From Macrostomum lignano (lineage: Eukaryota), in contig NIVC01003732.1 in NCBI GenBank assembly GCA_002269645.1, positions 1-64,000 of the forward strand: a stretch of DNA of 64,000 nucleotides. The letters are read 5' to 3'. Each line of letters begins with the position of its first letter. Position 1 is the stretch's first letter. Shown here in pieces: positions 57,167 to 64,000 of this stretch. The translations under genes were made by a program, and so were the position numbers. The notes beneath the pieces were generated by a model that searched no databases, was not told where the DNA came from, and saw nothing but the letters and a program-made list of their open reading frames with translations.

Positions 57167-60100
57167 TGTAAGGCAGGTATGCGCTAGAACGAAACGGTCT
57201 TGCAAACTGCTATGACGCACAGGATAGATTCTATATATTTAGGGGTCGCGCAAGACTGCGACAATCCACCTAATATATCCGATAGGATGCACATTGCAAT
57301 GCATTACTAAACGTACACAATCACACTCAAGGGCAAGCAGTGTTACACTTCACAGGACAAAACTCCCCCTAAATCGAACCAAATTAGTGACTAAAATTCG
57401 AGTAGCAAAAATTCGAGTACAAAACATTACAATTCAAACGAAACCACAATATGACTCACACAAAATTGAACATTTGCAAATTAAAAGACACGAAAACGGA
57501 CTTAAAACTGGGCCACATAGAAATCAGGCTGCCTTCTGTCCCTCCCAGACCGCCGAGGCTGGACAGCCTCCGGCTCCTCGAGCAGCTCCTCCCAGTCCTG
57601 CCGCAGGTCACCGTCGCCGTCCGGGGGACTGCAGTCGGGAGACGGAGTCGGCTCAAGCGGCGGGCCCGCCAGCTACGGCCGCCGCGGGGTGAGACCTTCA
57701 GGCGGTTGTGGTGCACCACAGAGCTTGGCCGCCGCCCGGGGCGCTTGAAGATGCGGTAGGTGACGGGCCCCAGCTTCTTCAGGACTCTGTAGGGCCCCAG
57801 CTTCTCCAGGACTCTGTAGGGCCCCAGCTTCTCCAGGACTCTGTAGGGCCCCAGCTTCTCCAGGACTCTGTAGGGCCCCAGCTTCTCCAGGACTCTGTAG
57901 GGCCCCAGCTTCTCCAGGACTCTGTAGGGCCCCAGCTTCTCCAGGACTCTGTAGGGCCCCAGCTTCTCCAGGACTCTGTAGGGCCCCAGCTTCTCCAGGA
58001 CTCTGTAGGGCCCCAGCTTCTCCAGGACTCTGTAGGGCCCCAGCTTCTCCAGGACTCTGTAGGGCCCCAGCTTCTCCAGGACTCTGTAGGGCCCCAGCTT
58101 CTCCAGGACTCTGTAGGGCCCCAGCTTCTCCAGGACTCTGTAGGGCCCCAGCTTCTCCAGGACTCTGTAGGGCCCCAGCTTCTCCAGGACTCTGTAGGGC
58201 CCCGCTGTCGCAGCGCCTTGCTCTGGCCCTTCCGCATCGCCGCATTGCTGAGCAGCCCCAGCTAGCCCGCCCGAAGCGGCGTGAAGTTGGCGCGCTTGTT
58301 GCACTGCCGCTTCCTTGATAACTGGGACGCCAACAGGCGCTCGTGCACCAGCTGCACACTGGCCCGCCCTGCTGCTCTCCGGTGGTGGGCAGACATCGGT
58401 ATCCGGGGGTCGCGACTGTGCAGCACTGCGTACGGCGACAGATTCGGGGTGCTGTGGACACGGACAAGTTGTTGCCCAGATGACGAACGGCAGGCAGTGC
58501 GCCCAACGATCTTGCTGCTCCGTGCAGTAGGCAGCCAGCATGTCACCGAGCGTACGGTTGAACCGCTCGACCACCGGCTTGCCGCTCGGGTGGAACGGTG
58601 TCATCCTGGTCTAGCGAATGTCCAGCAGGAGGTACAACTCGCAGAAAACCTCGCTCTCGAACTGGCGGCCTTTGTCGGAGTTGATGACCACCGGTGACCC
58701 ATGCCGCAGAGTGACGCTGAGCAGCAGCGCCTGGGCCACAGTCTTCACTACGATTTTGCTGACTGGGACCGCCTTGACCCACGTGGAAAACACATCAGTG
58801 AAGCAGATGATGTACTTGAGGCCGGTATCTGTGGCTGGCAGGGGCCCCTTGATGTCCACCTGCACGATCTCTCAGAGCAGTGACTGCATTGAGTTGCCTG
58901 CAGCGGCGCCCGCTGATGCTGATGAGGCACCTTGCGATGCTGGCAGTTCTCGCAGCTGCTCACCCAGTGCTGCACGTCCTCCTTGATGCTCGGCCACCAG
59001 CCCTTGTTGTCGATCCTTGACAGAATGCGCTCGGGCCCGAGGTGTCCGCTCGCTGGGTCATCGTGCGCCAGCCTGAGCAGCTCCTTACGGAGCTGCAACG
59101 GAATGACAGGCTCGCCGCAGCGCCTGATGATGCCGCAGATGCCGCCGTCGTCGATCTTCAGCCGCTCAGCAGCCATGATGCCTGCTGCCTCGACCGCTGG
59201 CCTGCCTTGCCGCGGTGTCTGCCCTGTTAGGAGCTTCCGAATGGCCTTCTGTGCGTCAAGGATGTCGCTAGTGGTTCAGGCAGGCGCCATCCGAATCGCC
59301 GCTGCCCTGCTCAGCGCATCCGAAACGAACTTATAGTCCTCACCAGGTCGGTAAAGTAGCTTGAAGTTTACTTCCTAGAGGCTGGTGATCCATCGGGCAA
59401 GACGGCCTTCAGGCTCCTTGGTGTTCAGCAGACCCTGCAGCGGCTTGTGATCAGTAAAGACCAACACGCCGCTCGCCGAGGCCAGGTAGTTTCGAAAGTG
59501 CTTCATCGCCCACACGATCGCCAGCAGCTCCCTGTGAGTCGTTGAATTGTTGCGCTCGGCTTTGTTAAGCACTCTCGAGGCGTAGGCGACTGGGCACTCA
59601 ACACGTTCGTGGAGCTCACTAAGGACGCCAGCGATGGCGACGCCGCTGCTGTCGCAGGTCAGCTGGAACTCTTTGGAGAAATCAGGCAGCCCGATGAGAA
59701 AGTCAGCGCTGCTTTCAGCTTCTGCAGGGCTCGCTCGCACTCCGTCAAGAAGAACCGCCATCCCTTTTGAGTGGCCTGGTGGAGCGGGCTGGCGATTCTG
59801 GCGAAGTGCGGGACGAACCGGCGATAGAACCCCAGCATGTCGACCAGCCGGCGGCCGTCCTCTGCGCAGTTTTTGTCGGGGTGGCCTTTATTGCGCTTAT
59901 TGCCTAAGTCGGACGGATGCTGAAATCACATGACCTAAGTATTCGACTTCCCTAAGTAGCAGAAGCAGCTCTTGCACTTGTTGAGCTTGAGACCGGCCGA
60001 CTGGAGCCTCTCCAGGACTTTCTCGAGCGTCTTTACATGGCTGTCGAACGTCGAGCTGAACAGGATCAGATCGTCCATGTAGGTGAGCACCTCCGTCCAG

Positions 60101-60440
60101 TTCATGCCGCACATTTTCAGGTCCATGAGACGCTGGAAGGTTGCCGGCGTGTTGCATAATCCGAACCCCAGCTTTTTGTACTGCATCAGGCCCTGGGTGC
60201 TGTAGAAAGCGGTCTTCTCGCGGTCCTGCTCCCTGATCTCCACCTGAAGATCCAGCGTGCTGAACCAGCTACTCCCCGTCAGCGCGTCCAAGGCAGTACG
60301 GATGCGGACGTCGTTGTTTTTCTCACGAACAACAAGGAGGTTGCTCACCCACGGGCTGCACGACGGCTCGATAATGCCGTGACGCCGCATCTCGCTGATC
60401 TTGTCGTCGTCCACCTGCGGCCGAAAGCTGAGAGGGACCT
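57167..60440 (-). mobile_element. Ty3/Gypsy pol (RT-RNaseH-integrase) pseudogene plus 3' LTR (57167-57347)
   Basis: SPWVSNLLVV, KTAF..MQYKKLGFGLCNTPATFQRLM, YMDDLILFS, LTCDSSGVAIAGVL, DHKPL, HDDPASGHLG..WWPSI..CENCQ, DIKGPLP, SDKGRQFES, VERFNRTL, GPY/F motif; TGTAA..TTACA LTR. Confidence 0.9.
57765..58203 (-). repeat. 27-bp tandem repeat (about 16x) encoding GPYRVLEKL within the integrase C-terminus
   Basis: Near-perfect units in frame with the integrase GPY/F motif. Confidence 0.97.
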
Positions 60441-62930
60441 CAGTTTAGTAATGTATTGCAATGTACGAGCTACATTCTATCGGATATATGAGGTGGGGTT
60501 GTCGCAGTCTATTATTAATCCTGGGCGTCTTAGCAGTTTGAAAGACCGTTTCGTTCTAGCGCAAATCTGCCATACATTGGTGGCAGCGGTGAATCAGTCA
60601 GTCAGTCAGTCAGCCTAGTTTTGCTAAATCATCGACAAGCAACTCAGCGCACTCTTACCTTCTAAGTTCTCTGGCTCTGCAGATTCAGTCATCCATACCG
60701 TAACGCACAATGAATTAAAACCACCAAGTAAAATTTTTGCCATATAGCTACTGGTCTTTAAGATAAATTCAAGGACTAAATTGGAAGTAAAGCTTGTAGG
60801 AATATTAATTTTTGTTATTTGTATAGTATTTTTGTTCAATTTCCTAAGTTCAAAACCTAAAAAGTTTTAGGTTTAACATTGAAATAAGACCATAGATAAA
60901 TACTAGGGAAATAAGTAAAGCAATCGTCACTGATACCAAACTATCTACTCTAATACTTTGTAGCATGTCTTTTTGACTTAATCACAGCATTACACCGCCT
61001 GTCCACCAGCTTCTGGCACACTTCTGCCACGATGGAAGCCCACGAGTCCTCAATGATACGGTACAGCTGACCAAGGGAAGCTGGCTGCTGCCTCTGGATG
61101 TCCCGCTCGACCCAGTTTCACAGATTCTCAATCGGATTGAGGTCTGGTGACTGCGCTGGCCAGTCCATAGTGTGGATGTTGTTATCAGCAAGCCAATACC
61201 TTCAAAATCTTTGAGGTGTGCTTGGGATCGTTGTCCTGCTGAAACTGTCATCTGCTGCCTCTGGTAGGTGGCTGCTGAGGATGTCACGGTACTTCTACCT
61301 GTCCATGACGCCCTCAATGCGAGTTATTGGCCCAGGTCCAGATCTGGAGAACGCAGCCCACACCATGACATTGCCACCTCCATGCTTTATGGTACCGACA
61401 GTGCACCTGGGATCGAATTTCTCACTAACTTGGCGGCGCACATACCGGCAGCCATCAGAACCATGCAGTGCGGAAAAATTTGCTCTCGTCACTCCAGTTG
61501 GTCTTGGCCCAGTCCTGGGGTGCCCAGCTTGCATGTTGCTTCGCCTAGTTCCAGCGCCGCTTCCGGTTTTTGTCGGAGATAAATGGCATCTTCCTAGCAA
61601 TGTGGCCATGTAGTCCGGCAGCTACCAAACGGTGGCGGACAGTCATGTGGTGCAGCAGGACACCTCTGGACACCAGAAGTCACGGCTGATGTCCACAGCG
61701 GTGAGCCGACGGTTAGACTCGGGCATTCGCACAATGCGGCGATCCAGTCGGTGGTCTGCAGTTTTCGGTGCCCTGCCAAGTCTTGGGGCACAGCCTGTGC
61801 TGCCAGTGCTGCTGAAGGGCTTGAGGGCTTGCTGGACGGACGTTTTCGACTTTCTCAGCTGCGTGGCTACGGCACGCTGGGAAACTCCTTGGTCGAACAG
61901 GACCTTGATTTTCCTACACGACTCAGGCGATGGAGCTCTGCCTTTCCCCATTCTAGGAGAGTTCGGGATCATTTTGGCTTGGAGTAGTATTTAATTAGAT
62001 GTTGTGGACTTTCAGAATCAGCAGGGACACTTATAACACCCTATAGCCCAATTAATTAAGTGGTCTTATTAATGTGTGACTTATCGAATCCGAAAGTGAG
62101 ACAAGGGACTCCAATTAAGCACACTCAATCGCGCGTAATGACCAAACAAAGCACTAATTTAATTGATTGATACCATGGTTATCTATATCTGATTAGATCA
62201 AAATGCTCCCACAATCTGTGTAGGTTATGAAGTTAAAAGTTCGAATTTGTGTTAGTTGGTCTTAATTCATTGTGCGCCACTGTATGTGGCTGCAGATGTT
62301 CGAAGATTTCGCCAACGATTCTGAATGGAATGACAGCAAACGCACTGAAGCTGCTGTACCGTAAGGCACGCCCGGACCACAGCCAGCAAGTGAGAGACTG
62401 CGAGGTGCGTCACCGGCTACTGGCGTTGCTGCCCAAGGACATCAGGGAATCGCTGCTGAAGCAATCTGACTGCAACACTATCAGTCCTGAGACGGTGGCT
62501 GACCGCGCCAAAGCGCTGGAGAGCATCAATGGCAACAGGGGAGCGACGGCCAGCGTAGCAGCGACCACAGCGAGCAACCCGATGGACCATCGGTATGCGG
62601 CGGACAACAGGGCGGAGGAAGAGGCAGCGCTCGAGGAAGAGGTGGCCGCGGCAGGTGCTTCAACTGCTCAATGCCTGGCTACTTTGCCGCCCAATGCCCA
62701 GGCCGACAGTCTGCTCCAGCGCCCCAGATCACCTGCTACCGCTGCTCGGGCAGAGGGCACCGAGCCGAAGGCCTGTCCAACTCCGGCTTCGGAAAACTGC
62801 TGAGGACTGGTGACCGTGGGCCATCATTATCCCTGCTCAGCAAGGCCCGACCTGCATGACTCCATCTTCCTTCCCGCCAGCATCGCCGACCAGTCGTGTC
62901 GGTGGCTGTTCGACACAATAGGTACCAAAG
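60441..62930 (+). mobile_element. Ty3/Gypsy 5' part: truncated LTR (60441-60576), tRNA-Leu-type PBS, gag with zinc knuckle, protease fragment; interrupted by Tc1
   Basis: The LTR fragment is an inverted, diverged match to 57167-57315. PBS TGGTGGCAGCGGTG at 60578. Removing Tc1 restores PSKFSGSADSVIHMWLQMFEDFANDSEW. Also CYRCSGRGH and WLFDT. Confidence 0.8.
60698..62282 (-). mobile_element. Tc1/mariner DNA transposon (1.58 kb), frameshifted transposase at about 60990-61972
   Basis: TA|CCGTAACGCACAATGAATTAA..TTAATTCATTGTGCGCCACTG|TA TIRs with TA duplication; HTH MGKGRA..GVSQRAVATQL..GRAPKT; TIKHGGGNVMVWAAFS; remnants of the QQD and WPAQSPDLNPIE motifs. Confidence 0.9.
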
Positions 62931-64000
62931 ACAACCATTTGGCACCAGAGACACCCACTGGACACCAATTGTTTCTCACCAAGGCTCAATTGCAATTAGA
63001 ATTTCATTTCTACCCAAACGGTCTCAGACTTTCGCATAATTGCCAGGATTAATTTGAAATTCAGTGTTAAGTGGCAATAGTTTTTTAACGTTCATTAATA
63101 AAATATTCATAAATATTTCCACAGCGACTCAACGCTTAACTGTTAAAATAATAACAACACGTTTATTTTTAGAAAAAGAGTCAGAAAGCTCTTACCATAG
63201 CATACGTCTATCATGAATATGAAATGTAAGCAATATGAGTAATGTTACACAAAAACTTTCTTTGAGATTCAAATTTTATAGTTTTAAAAGTTGAGTTAGC
63301 TAGCTAGGTATACATGCATATATAGGTAACTTAAAAATTAATACTTTATAAGTACTGAATGAATCTTCAAAAGCGGCAGCTGAAAAATGTACTTTAAAAC
63401 TCTTTAGTTTTGTTATAATTTCTCATTTTCAGACAGGCTGGCTGATTAATACTAAGAAGATTTTGAAACAAAATATAAATTATGACAAGAAAATTTAAAA
63501 TGTAACGCAATCAAATTTTACTTAGAATTTGTGTTAAAACATTGATTGAATTTTACTCTCGATGCTGTTGTAGGCTCAAATTGATCAGCATCTCTGCACT
63601 AAATTATGTGGCTAACATGTTTTCATTTTCACTAATTTTTGAAAAAAAATAAACAGGTCGCACGGGGAAAACATTTTAAGGAAATTTTCCAGAAAAATAA
63701 GTTGTCAAACACGGGTAAAGGTTTGAATTGGCGAAAAAGTTCCCGAAAGATAGCGCATATTTCTACCAATTCTAACAAATTTCAATTTCAGTATGATGAG
63801 TCATGGCAATATATCTTAAATATATCTTTATTGAAAAACCTAAAGATAGTAATATTCTCAAGAGATCACGAAATTTAAACAAAATTTTGACAATTTATGT
63901 AAAGCTTTGAGGCATCGAATTGCAAAAAAACATCAACTTTTGCCTTGTTGTACCAACCGCGATAGTGAACCCACAAGTCGTGCCCCAGTCCGCTGACTCG

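Overview
Eukaryotic (animal) genomic DNA, rich in minisatellites. The repeat style suggests a flatworm such as Macrostomum, which is inference only. Bases 1-12370 are the right part of an AT-rich Polinton/Maverick (adintovirus-like) endogenous dsDNA virus. It encodes a packaging ATPase (partial), penton, adenain-like protease, a fibre with discoidin-like and lectin-like domains, a 2TM protein, small orphan ORFs, protein-primed PolB and pX/core-like proteins. It ends in a palindromic AGTAGT...ACTACT terminus 124 bp upstream of a 7-exon single-minded (bHLH-PAS) gene. Downstream are two tandem VAP/MSP-domain genes on the minus strand, large 24-bp arrays, a probable non-autonomous Helitron, nested MITEs with a solo LTR, Ty3/Gypsy remnants, a Tc1 element inserted in a gag, and an uncharacterised 3-exon gene of about 949 aa. 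The most novel-looking signal is a family of five 28-bp CG-bounded double hairpins (6-bp stem/3-nt loop followed by 5-bp stem/3-nt loop). They vary in sequence but keep the structure, are flanked mostly by AT, all point the same way, and sit in frame as 10-codon inserts inside the Polinton genes.
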